Positions 34,296 through 42,203 of a stretch of 64,000 nt of DNA are shown here, in pieces. The notes below the pieces were generated by a model, which did no database searches, was not told the DNA's origin, and worked only from the letters and a program-made list of their open reading frames with translations. The stretch is from Pseudomonadota bacterium. Lineage in GTDB: Bacteria > Chloroflexota > UBA5177 > JAJPKF01. A program made the position numbers and the translations under genes. Positions within the stretch are counted from its first letter, which is position 1; each line of letters opens with the position of its first letter. The DNA is taken from positions 9,207 to 73,206 of the forward strand of contig JAJPKF010000024.1 of NCBI GenBank assembly GCA_021323865.1. Reading direction: 5' to 3'.

Positions 34296-35179
34296 TACGT
34301 TGTTGCGCCTTGGGGCGCCATGACCCGCACTGCGCCGGGAAGGATGCGAACGGCCGCCGGGCTTTGCGCCTTGATCTCGCCATCCAGTGTGATGGCTTCC
34401 GGATAGGCGACGTCGATCCGCGCTTCGGAAACCTCGACCACCGGCCGGCCCGGCATTCCTAGGTGACGCCCGAAGAAGATGGCCGGCAGCATGCGCAGCA
34501 CCGATCCCAGCCGCAGGTCGTCTATGCAGAGCACCGTGAGGCGGACACCATCGGACTCGGCAAGACCCGTCCGATGCTGCAGCCGGCTGCTGGGGATGAC
34601 CGTCACCTGAAAGGCATGAAGGCTGCGTCGGGTGCCCTCCGCTTCCATATGGACCGACAGGCGCCTTCGGCGGAAGTAGACGACCAGCGAGGCGACGGGG
34701 TAGGAGAGCCGGCCCAGGAGCAGGCGTAGACGCTGCGACACACGCGCGAAGTCCACATTGAGACCCATGATGGCCGCATGGGCAAAGTAGCGGCCGTTGA
34801 CCTCACCGACGTCGATGCGGCGGGGCGCTCCGCGGGCGATGACGCCCACCGCGGCAGGAATGGTTCGGGGCACGTCAAGGCTGCGCAGGAAGTTATTGGA
34901 CGTGCCCGCTGGAATGACGCCCAGAATTACATCCTGGCCGAGAATGGCCTCCACGACCGAGCCGACCGTACCGTCGCCGCCGAACGCGATGACCAGGCTG
35001 GTTCCTCTGGCTCGTGCGTCGCGAACGCTCTCGACGATGGAGGTCCGGCTGAGATCGAAGCGCACATCCGTCACGTCGATGCCGGCGGCGCGGAGGCTGG
35101 TCAGCGACCGGAAGAAGCTCCGGCGCGCGCTGCCCGAGCGGATGTTGGCGAACATGATCGCCCGGCGCGTCTCCTGCAT
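34295..35179 (-). CDS. diacylglycerol-kinase catalytic-domain (YegS/DgkA-like) lipid kinase
   Basis: DAGK_cat signature LVIAFGGDGTVGSVVEAI. It is coupled to the downstream PAP2 gene. Confidence 0.8.
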   Translation of the reverse strand: MQETRRAIMFANIRSGSARRSFFRSLTSLRAAGIDVTDVRFDLSRTSIVESVRDARARGTSLVIAFGGDGTVGSVVEAILGQDVILGVIPAGTSNNFLRSLDVPRTIPAAVGVIARGAPRRIDVGEVNGRYFAHAAIMGLNVDFARVSQRLRLLLGRLSYPVASLVVYFRRRRLSVHMEAEGTRRSLHAFQVTVIPSSRLQHRTGLAESDGVRLTVLCIDDLRLGSVLRMLPAIFFGRHLGMPGRPVVEVSEARIDVAYPEAITLDGEIKAQSPAAVRILPGAVRVMAPQGATT

Positions 35180-35425
35180 CTATTCCTCTCTCGCCGCCTC
35201 ACGGGGAGTGTCGACCGGGAGCGTGGTTCCCAGGGCAAAGCCCAGACAGATTCCGGCCGCCAGAGGAATGCGGATGGCGAGATCGACCGGCAGGGAGAGC
35301 AGGACAATGACCATGATGCCCGCCGTCACGACCGTCACCATCAGGCGGACGGCGAGCCGATAGATGAGAATACCGGAGATGCAGGCGCCGACGACCAGCC
35401 CCAGGGTGAGGAGAACCGGGAACAT
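35180..35425 (-). CDS. small membrane protein (three TM helices)
   Basis: 81 aa, hydrophobic. Its stop abuts the lipid-kinase start (operon). Confidence 0.45.
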   Translation of the reverse strand: MFPVLLTLGLVVGACISGILIYRLAVRLMVTVVTAGIMVIVLLSLPVDLAIRIPLAAGICLGFALGTTLPVDTPREAAREE

Positions 35426-35485
35426 GGCTTCCGCCTATTCCCGGCTGCCCGTGGGGGCGTGCATGCCGTTTGAAATGGAGCGCCC

Positions 35486-36262
35486 TTGACCGCAAACGCG
35501 GACTTCAGCCTCTCGGTCGTGCTGCCGGCACACAACGAGGCGGGCAACATCGAGCCCGTCGTGCGGGACGCACTGGAGAAGCTGCCCGAGATGGTGGATC
35601 GGTTCGAGATCCTGATTGTCGACGATGGGAGCCGCGACGAGACCGGCCGCATCGCCGACCGCCTCGCGGCGGGGGACGAGCGAGTGAAGGTCATTCATCA
35701 CCCCAAGAATAGGGGCTATGGTTGTGCCTGGCGGACCGGCATCTCGGTGGCATCCGGCAGCTGGATCTTCTTTATGGACTCCGACCGACAGTTCGACATC
35801 GGCGAGATCGCCAAGCTGCTGCCCTACCGCGACGGCCACGATGTGGTGACCGGCTTTCGGATCGCTCGCCGCGATCCCTACTACCGATTCCTGGTCGGCT
35901 CCTGCTTCAACATCCTGGTGAAGGTGCTGTTCAAAGTGCACCTGCGGGACATCGATTGCGGCTTCAAGATGTTCCGTGCGCCCCTGCTCAAATCGATGCG
36001 CCTCGAAAGCCCGGGCGCGCTGATCAACACCGAGATCCACGCCAAGGCCAACCTGGCAGGAGCGCGGTTGAAGGAGGTGGGCATCAACCACTATCCCCGC
36101 CGCGTGGGCCGGCAGTCGGGAACCAAGCCCAAGGTGATGCTGCGGGCGGCCTGGGAGATCATTCAGCTGCGTCGCCAGCTGGGTCGCTACAAGGCCTCGA
36201 GGTTGGAGGGGATCGAAGCCGAGGGGTTCCCGGCCACCGAGACCGGCACGCATACTTCGTGA
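35486..36262 (+). CDS. family-2 glycosyltransferase (polyprenyl-phosphate sugar transferase-like)
   Basis: SVVLPAHNE, ILIVDDGSRDET and FMDSDRQ (DxD) motifs. Confidence 0.85.
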   Translation: MTANADFSLSVVLPAHNEAGNIEPVVRDALEKLPEMVDRFEILIVDDGSRDETGRIADRLAAGDERVKVIHHPKNRGYGCAWRTGISVASGSWIFFMDSDRQFDIGEIAKLLPYRDGHDVVTGFRIARRDPYYRFLVGSCFNILVKVLFKVHLRDIDCGFKMFRAPLLKSMRLESPGALINTEIHAKANLAGARLKEVGINHYPRRVGRQSGTKPKVMLRAAWEIIQLRRQLGRYKASRLEGIEAEGFPATETGTHTS

Positions 36263-36267
36263 CTGCC

Positions 36268-37050
36268 ATGGAGCAGCCCCTGCTCCTCACCGTCGACGTC
36301 GGCAACACCAACGTCTCGCTGGCCGTGTTCGACGGGCCGCGACGGCTGGCCTTCTGGCGGCTCTCGACCGATCGACGCCGCACGGCGGACGAGTACCGCC
36401 CCCTGCTCACGCAGCTGCTGGGCCTGATCGGGCTGCAGCCGGACGGGCTGGATGGGGTGGTGGTGGCGAGCGTGGTGCCTCCGGTGCTGTCCGCACTGGT
36501 CGACGCCTTCCGACAGATGGGTGTCCCGGCCCAGGTCCTGACCGGCGAGCGGGACTTCGGCATTCCCGTTCGCTACGATCCTCCCACCACCGTCGGCGCG
36601 GATCGCCTGGCCAACGCCATCGCGGTGCAGGCGCTCTATGGTCAGCCGGCCATCATCGCCGATCTCGGGACGGCGACCACCATCGACGTCCTCGATCGGT
36701 CGGGCGCATATGTGGGCGGCGCCATCGCACCGGGCTTCGAAGCCAGTATGGAAGGGCTTTTCTCGACGGCGTTTCAGCTCCCGCGCTTGGACTTGGGGCC
36801 GCCGCCGGCCGCCATCGGCCGCAACACGGTGGACAGCATTCGCTCGGGTGGTTTGTTCGGCTGGGCCGGGCTCGTCGACGGCCTCATTGCGCGTTTCCGC
36901 GCCGAGCTGGAGGGCGGTCCCCACGTCGTCGCCACCGGCGGTCTGGCGCCCTTGGTGGCGCCGTACTGCCGTGAGGTGCAAGTCGTCAATGAGGAGCTGA
37001 CTCTCGAAGGCCTGCGCCTGGCCCACGAACGCCTCGCGCCCGATCGGTGA
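36268..37050 (+). CDS. coaX: type III pantothenate kinase
   Basis: LLLTVDVGNTNVSLAVF (phosphate-1) and ADLGTATTIDV (phosphate-2). The ATG at 36268 is in-frame within the longer track ORF (35722..), immediately after the GT2 stop. Confidence 0.85.
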   Translation: MEQPLLLTVDVGNTNVSLAVFDGPRRLAFWRLSTDRRRTADEYRPLLTQLLGLIGLQPDGLDGVVVASVVPPVLSALVDAFRQMGVPAQVLTGERDFGIPVRYDPPTTVGADRLANAIAVQALYGQPAIIADLGTATTIDVLDRSGAYVGGAIAPGFEASMEGLFSTAFQLPRLDLGPPPAAIGRNTVDSIRSGGLFGWAGLVDGLIARFRAELEGGPHVVATGGLAPLVAPYCREVQVVNEELTLEGLRLAHERLAPDR

Positions 37051-37079
37051 TCGACCCGAACGAATCGGGTGAGGAGCGC

Positions 37080-37913
37080 ATGGTCGAGCTTGCGGCGTAC
37101 GCCAAGATCAACCTGGCGCTCGACGTGCTGGGCCGGCGGGCCGACGGCTACCACGAGCTTCGCACAGTCATGCAGATCATTAGCCTGCACGACGATCTGC
37201 GGCTTTCTCTCGGAACATGGCCCGATGGCGGAAGCAATGCCCAGGATGTCTCCCTGATCGACAAAGCGCTCCAGGCCGTTCGTGTCTGGAGCGGTTCAGA
37301 GGAGGCGATGGGCTACCACGTGGTGAAGCGCATTCCGACCGCGGCAGGACTGGGCGGAGGCAGCTCGGACGCCGCCGCGGCGATTCGGGGCGCCTGCCTC
37401 CTTTTGGGGCTGCACCCCTCGGAGGAAGAGCTGCTCGAGCTGGCGGCGTCGGTGGGCTCGGATGTGCCCTTCTTCCTGCTGGGTGGCACGGCTCTGGTCG
37501 AGGGTCGTGGTGAGCGGGTCACGGGTCTGCCCGATGCTCCCGCGTTCTGGGTACTGCTGGCGTCATCAGGCAGACCGGTATCGACCGGCGCCGTGTTCGG
37601 GGCCTGGAGCGAGGCAGACGCGGGCGACGGTCAGGCGTCGAACCGCGTCTTGGCAGCACTTGAACAGTCCCGGGTTGTCCTCGATGGTAATGACCTGCTG
37701 CCGCCGTCGCTTCGGGTCGAGCCGGGAATCGAGGAGGATCTAGCGCGTCTGCGATCCATCGCTCCGGATGCTCCGGTGGGCATGACCGGCAGTGGCGGCA
37801 CGGTGATGGCGCTGTTTGACGACCCGGTTGCGGCTCGCCAGGCATGTGAACAGGCCCAGCGGGCATTCTCCTGGGTCTCGCTGGCGCAATCCGTTTCGCG
37901 TCCGGACCGGTGA
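37080..37913 (+). CDS. ispE: 4-diphosphocytidyl-2-C-methyl-D-erythritol kinase
   Basis: GHMP-kinase motif IPTAAGLGGGSSDAAAA and the N-terminal AYAKINLALDV. The GGTGAGGAG SD precedes ATG 37080. Confidence 0.85.
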   Translation: MVELAAYAKINLALDVLGRRADGYHELRTVMQIISLHDDLRLSLGTWPDGGSNAQDVSLIDKALQAVRVWSGSEEAMGYHVVKRIPTAAGLGGGSSDAAAAIRGACLLLGLHPSEEELLELAASVGSDVPFFLLGGTALVEGRGERVTGLPDAPAFWVLLASSGRPVSTGAVFGAWSEADAGDGQASNRVLAALEQSRVVLDGNDLLPPSLRVEPGIEEDLARLRSIAPDAPVGMTGSGGTVMALFDDPVAARQACEQAQRAFSWVSLAQSVSRPDR

Positions 37914-38089
37914 GGCAGGGTCCTTCCGAACGACTGGGCGGAGGTCGCCCCGGCTCTTGGGGTGCGGGGCTTGGACGAACCATCGCGTCCGCCACAGCAC
38001 CAGATGGTGAAGATCGCGGTTCCCGAAAGAGTCCTAGAGAGGAGTGTCAGCCCGCGCTGGTATGGATCACATCGGGAAGGCAGGCTCGC

Positions 38090-38536
38090 TCACTCGGGCG
38101 GATCGCGGAAGCGAGCTTCCAGCCGGTCAAGGCAGTCGTTCCAGCCCGTGATGTGGTTGTCGCGCTCACCGTCGTCGGGAAAGCCCTCGTGCCGGAGACG
38201 TACCTCGGTTTGGTCCCCGGTCAACTCTCGGAAGCGCACGTCAACTCGAGTCTCCCCGTCGGTGTCGTTGTTCCATCGGAAGGTGTAGGAGAGATGCTCC
38301 GGCCGGTCTACCTGCAGGAATTTGCCGGAAAGATCAAGGACGCCCATGTCGGGGATGTCGGCGGTCTTGAATCGGTAGGCGCCGCCGGGCCGGGCGTCGA
38401 TGACATACGTGGTCTGGAGCCTGGCGGGCCACCACCATAGATTCAACTCGGCGGGATCGGTCCAGGCGCGCCACACGGCGTCTCGCGAACCACCGATCGA
38501 TCGGGTCAGCTCCAGCGTGGCGCCTTCAGCCGGCAT
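38090..38536 (-). CDS. SRPBCC / AHSA1-like (activator of Hsp90 ATPase homologue) family protein
   Basis: Characteristic LELTRSIGGSRDAVWRAWTDPAELNLWWWP N-terminus of the AHSA1 family. The start is probably the Met at 38536. Confidence 0.75.
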   Translation of the reverse strand: MPAEGATLELTRSIGGSRDAVWRAWTDPAELNLWWWPARLQTTYVIDARPGGAYRFKTADIPDMGVLDLSGKFLQVDRPEHLSYTFRWNNDTDGETRVDVRFRELTGDQTEVRLRHEGFPDDGERDNHITGWNDCLDRLEARFRDPPE

Positions 38537-38599
38537 CCTTGGCCTCCTCGGATGACAATCTCGCAATTCTCGCCCACCCGGTAGAATGAGTCAGCAACT

Positions 38600-38787
38600 G
38601 CATACATGGCCTTCGGGGCAGGGTGAGACGAGGAATCGCCAATTCCCGATCGGCGGTAGAGCCCGCGAGCGCGTCAGCGCAGGATCTGGTGAGACTCCAG
38701 AGCCGACGGTACAGTCCGGATGGAAGAAGGCACCATGCCCGCTCCCGGCGGGTCCTTCCCCGAAGTGCGTGCACTCGGGGTTTTTCA
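38600..38787 (+). ncRNA. FMN riboswitch (RFN element) with terminator/SD-sequestering expression platform
   Basis: The aptamer (~38608-38730) matches the RFN consensus block by block: CUUCGGGGCAGGGUGA, AUCGGCGGUAGAGCCCGCGAGC, GGAUCUGG...GAGCCGACGGUACAGUCCGGAUGGAAGAAGG. The B. subtilis ribD leader has ...UUCGGGGCAGGGUGAAAUUCCC-ACCGGCGGUA...AGCCCGUGAC...GCCGACAGUGAAAGUCUGGAUGGGAGAAGG for comparison. It is followed by the terminator at 38757-38784. Confidence 0.85.
38757..38784 (+). terminator. intrinsic terminator of FMN riboswitch expression platform
   Basis: CCCCGAAGUGC-gu-GCACUCGGGG (10-bp stem with one bulge) followed by UUUUU. The 3' arm contains the GGGG that would serve as the SD for the TTG at 38788. 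Confidence 0.75.
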
Positions 38788-39630
38788 TTGACCTCACTCT
38801 CATCCTCCGATCAGCTCTCTCCCCTGGCCGCGCGTGGTCGTGAGCGGGGGCACCCGGCCGTCAACCGGCCGCCTGGACGTCGACAGCCTCGGCTGAGGTC
38901 CTGGCACCTGCTGCTCATTCCTTTGTGCATCCTGCTGGGGCTCTGGCTGGTCGCGGCCCACCGGTATGGGCCGGGCATCGTCCCCGGACCAGTCGATGTC
39001 TGGGATCGCTTCGTATCGGCCTGGAAGGAGGGCATCTTCTGGCCGGCAGTGGGAACCACCGCCTTGGAGGCGGCGCTGGGGTGGGGGCTGGGCTGTGTGA
39101 CCGGCCTCTCGCTGGGGTATGCGCTCGGTCGCTGGCGCGCCGTCGAGCTGACCGTTGCCCCTTACGTTTCGGCGAGCCAAGCCATGCCCGTCCTGGCGAT
39201 CGCTCCCCTCTTGGTGATCTGGCTGGGATTTGGCTTGGAGCCCAAGGTCGTGGTGGCCGCGCTCATCGTGCTCTTCCCGGTCATGACCACGACCATGGCG
39301 GGCATTCGCGGGATCGACCGCAGTCTTCGCGACGTGGCCGTGGTGTTCGGAGCCGGCTTCTTCCAGACCATCGTTTTCCTGGAGGCGCCGGTCGCGGCGA
39401 GGAGCATCTTCGCAGGGTTGAAGATCGGCGCCGTGCTCTCCGTGACCGGGGCCGTGGTCGGCGAGTATGTCAGCTCCGATCAGGGCCTGGGCTACCTGGT
39501 CCAGTTCGGGCGATTTCAGTTCGACACGCCGCTGACATTCGTCGCCCTAATTGCGCTCATGCTCCTGGGCGGCTTGGCCTACGCCGCGCTCAGCACTTTA
39601 GAGAGGCTGGTATTGCGATGGACGGAATGA
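38788..39630 (+). CDS. ABC transporter permease, NitT/TauT family (RibX-like riboflavin importer permease)
   Basis: The TM1 plus LPxP-like motif (LLLIPLCILLGLWLVAAHRYGPGIVPGPVDVW) and the EAA-like loop (MTTTMAGIRGIDRSLRDVAVVFGAGFFQ) are both present. The start is uncertain. TTG 38788 is the first in-frame start after the riboswitch terminator. The track ORF 38623.. runs through the riboswitch. Confidence 0.75.
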   Translation: MTSLSSSDQLSPLAARGRERGHPAVNRPPGRRQPRLRSWHLLLIPLCILLGLWLVAAHRYGPGIVPGPVDVWDRFVSAWKEGIFWPAVGTTALEAALGWGLGCVTGLSLGYALGRWRAVELTVAPYVSASQAMPVLAIAPLLVIWLGFGLEPKVVVAALIVLFPVMTTTMAGIRGIDRSLRDVAVVFGAGFFQTIVFLEAPVAARSIFAGLKIGAVLSVTGAVVGEYVSSDQGLGYLVQFGRFQFDTPLTFVALIALMLLGGLAYAALSTLERLVLRWTE

Positions 39631-40625
39631 GGCGACTTGCCATGGTTGGGTCCACGGCGATCATGCTGCTTTTGACGGCGTGTGCCGGTACCGGGCAACC
39701 CGATGCCGCAGCCGTGCACAAGCTGCGCACCGTTCGCGTCTCCATGGGGTACATCCCCAACGTTCAATTTGCCCCCTTCTACGTGGCCCGCAAGCTGGGC
39801 TATTACCGGTCCGCCGGACTGAAGGTCTCCTTCAACTATCAGAACGAGCCGGATGCGCTGACCCTGCTGTCGCGCGGAAGCGTGGACTTCGTTAACTCCG
39901 GCGGCGATGAGGTGCTGACCGCGGGCGCGCATGGGCTGCACGTGCGCTACGTCCTGACCCAGTACTCACGCTTCCCCTCGGCCCTCTTCTTCCTAAAGAG
40001 CCGTCACATTCGCACGGTGTCGGACCTTCACGGAAAGACCGTCGGCATTCCCGCGCCCTACGGGGCGTCCTACGTGGGGCTCCTGGCCCTGTTGGCGGCC
40101 CACCACGTTCCCCAGTCGGCGGTACGGATCGAGACCATCGGCTACACGCAGGTTCAGGCCGTGGCAACCGGCCACGTGGACGCGGCGATGGGGTATGCGC
40201 CGAATGAGCCGGTGCAGCTGCGCTCGGAAGGCAAGGCCGTGGGCGAGTTCGACGTCTATCACTCTGCCAATGTGGCGGGGGCCGGCCTGGCCACCAATGA
40301 CCGGTTGATCGCCCGCCGGCCGGGATTGGTGCGGGCGTTCGTACAGGCCACTCTGCGTGGCTTGCGGTTCACGCTCCGGCATCCCCGGCGCGCGTTCACC
40401 ATCTCGGCCGCCCAAATCCCCGGTCTCCAGAACCCGAAGCTCCAGCGTCAGGTGCTCGATCGGGCCATCGACTTCTGGAAGCCGGTCCGCGTGCCGCTGG
40501 GGCACGTCGACCCGGTCGTGTGGCGGCTCACCGCCCGGTTGCTGTTTCGCTTCCATCAGGTTCAGCGCGCCGTCAAGCACCCCACGCGCTACTACACCAA
40601 CCGGTTTGTGCTTCCCAAGCGCTGA
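39618..40625 (+). CDS. NMT1/THI5-like substrate-binding lipoprotein (RibY-like)
   Basis: Lipobox LLLTACAG and the NMT1-family block VSMGYIPNVQFAPFYVA. Its start overlaps the permease stop. No cognate ATPase gene is in the operon. Confidence 0.8.
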   Translation: MDGMRRLAMVGSTAIMLLLTACAGTGQPDAAAVHKLRTVRVSMGYIPNVQFAPFYVARKLGYYRSAGLKVSFNYQNEPDALTLLSRGSVDFVNSGGDEVLTAGAHGLHVRYVLTQYSRFPSALFFLKSRHIRTVSDLHGKTVGIPAPYGASYVGLLALLAAHHVPQSAVRIETIGYTQVQAVATGHVDAAMGYAPNEPVQLRSEGKAVGEFDVYHSANVAGAGLATNDRLIARRPGLVRAFVQATLRGLRFTLRHPRRAFTISAAQIPGLQNPKLQRQVLDRAIDFWKPVRVPLGHVDPVVWRLTARLLFRFHQVQRAVKHPTRYYTNRFVLPKR

Positions 40626-40645
40626 CGACTTAGCCGCCAAAAAAA

Positions 40646-40682
40646 CGGGGGGAAGGCCGCTGACTTGAGCGCCTTCCCCCCG
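40646..40682 (+). terminator. intrinsic terminator after the RibXY-like operon (12-bp perfect GC-rich stem)
   Basis: The stem cggggggaaggc pairs with gccttccccccg across a 12-nt loop. It is preceded by an A7 run, which gives U7 on the opposite strand. The plus-strand 3' tract is weak (ucucu). Confidence 0.65.
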
Positions 40683-40841
40683 TCTCTACCCGGAAGCTAT
40701 ATGGTTGTGAAGGAAGCCAAAGGTTCCCTGCAGATAGCGTACGCCAAGACTCATTACCGGACGGTAAATAAACCCTAAACTTCCGGTAAATATCAGCGCA
40801 AGATCAGTGCCAGGAGGACCAACACGGAGAGCCTCGACGCC

Positions 40842-42197
40842 GTGATCATCGGCTCCGGTCAGTCCGGGGGGCCTCTGTCGACCGCCCTCGTCGCCGCCGG
40901 GCGTCGCACGGTGCTGATTGAGCGTGACCAGATCGGCGGCACCTGCATCAACGTGGGCTGCACGCCCACCAAGACCATGGTGGCCAGCGCCGACACCGCG
41001 GACACAGTGCGCCGCGCCGGTTCCTACGGCGTCAGGACGGATGGTCCGCATGTCGACATGATGAGCGTACGGGAGCGGAAGCGCCGGATTGTGGAGGAGT
41101 TTCGTTCGGGCAGCCGGGCGGCAATCGAGCGAGGCGGCGTCGAGATTCTCATGGGTGAAGCCTCGTTTACCTCCGAGGGTACCGTCCATGTGCGGCTGCG
41201 TGCCGGAGGGGAGCGGGAGCTGCAGGCGCCCCTGACGGTCATCGACACGGGCACGCGGCCGGCCTCGCCACCCATCGACGGGCTGGAAATCGTGCCGGCC
41301 CTCGATTCCACCACCATCATGGAGCTCGACGAGGTCCCTGAGCATCTACTGGTTTTGGGGGGCGGCTATGTGGGCGTCGAGTTCGGCCAGATGTTCCGTC
41401 GGTTCGGGAGCCGGGTCACCATCGTCCAGACGGGACCGGCACTGCTCGCCCGAGAGGACCCCGACATCGCGGAAGCGGTTCGCGACATTCTGGCCGAGGA
41501 CAGCATCGAGGTGCTTCTCAGGGCCCGCACCACTCGCGTCTCAGGTTCGGCCGGAGCGGTAACTCTCACCCTCGACATGGACGGCGTCCGGCGGGAGGTT
41601 CAGGGATCGCACCTGCTCCTGGCCACTGGCCGCCGGCCCCAGGTCGAGGCGCTGAACCTGGAAGTGCGCGGCATCGCCACCGACGGGAAGGGCTTCATTC
41701 GTGTCGACGAGCGCCTGCAGACCACCGCGCCAGGCGTCTACGCCACAGGCGACGTCACCGGTGGGCCGGCCTTTACGCACATCTCATACGACGACTTCCG
41801 GATTCTGCGCGCGAATCTCATCGAGGGAGGAGATCGGACCACGCGGGACCGTCTGGTGCCCTACACGGTCTTCATTGATCCACAGCTGGGCCGGGTGGGG
41901 TTATCCGAGACGGAGGCGCGCCAGCGCGGCATCGACGTGAAGGTGGCCCGCCTGGAGATGAGTCACGTCGCGCGGGCCCTGGAGACCGGTGAGACGCGCG
42001 GGCTGCTCAAGGCAGTTGTGGACGCCGGAACCGGCCGCATCCTCGGGTGTGCCGCTCTCGGGATGGAGGGCGGCGAGATCATGGCGATGTTTGAGATCGC
42101 GATGCTTGGGAAGCTACACTACACGACCTTGCGGGACGGCATCTTCGCGCATCCCACGCTGGCCGAGAGTCTCAACAACCTGTTTTCGCCCATCTAG
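40842..42197 (+). CDS. class I pyridine nucleotide-disulfide oxidoreductase (RclA / dihydrolipoyl dehydrogenase / MerA-core-like)
   Basis: FAD motif IIGSGQSGG, redox-active disulfide GGTCINVGCTPTK, NAD motif VLGGGYVGVEFG, and C-terminal FAHPTLAES. GTG 40842 has GGAGAG 10 nt upstream. Confidence 0.85.
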   Translation: MIIGSGQSGGPLSTALVAAGRRTVLIERDQIGGTCINVGCTPTKTMVASADTADTVRRAGSYGVRTDGPHVDMMSVRERKRRIVEEFRSGSRAAIERGGVEILMGEASFTSEGTVHVRLRAGGERELQAPLTVIDTGTRPASPPIDGLEIVPALDSTTIMELDEVPEHLLVLGGGYVGVEFGQMFRRFGSRVTIVQTGPALLAREDPDIAEAVRDILAEDSIEVLLRARTTRVSGSAGAVTLTLDMDGVRREVQGSHLLLATGRRPQVEALNLEVRGIATDGKGFIRVDERLQTTAPGVYATGDVTGGPAFTHISYDDFRILRANLIEGGDRTTRDRLVPYTVFIDPQLGRVGLSETEARQRGIDVKVARLEMSHVARALETGETRGLLKAVVDAGTGRILGCAALGMEGGEIMAMFEIAMLGKLHYTTLRDGIFAHPTLAESLNNLFSPI

Positions 42198-42203
42198 CCG
42201 CGC

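Noticed and set aside
35722-37050. 442-aa track ORF as a single gene
   Set aside because: The N-terminal 180 aa lie in a different frame of the GT2 gene (shadow). The genuine coaX begins at the in-frame ATG 36268, right after the GT2 stop.
38586-38787. TPP riboswitch or guanidine-I (ykkC) riboswitch upstream of the NitT/NMT1 transporter
   Set aside because: TPP and ykkC were first suspected from the gene family. The leader lacks the CUGAGA...ACCUGAUCUGGAUAAUGCCAGCGUAGGGAA core of TPP and the UAGGGUUCCG...GGUCCGAGAG...GGGACAAAAG core of ykkC. It matches the FMN (RFN) consensus throughout.
38925-40625. 566-aa track ORF as a single gene
   Set aside because: The first ~230 aa overlap the permease gene in another frame. 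The real product is the NMT1-like lipoprotein starting at 39618/39627.
40686-41345. 219-aa minus-strand ORF
   Set aside because: It is antisense to the well-supported pyridine nucleotide-disulfide oxidoreductase gene, and no RBS or domain is present.
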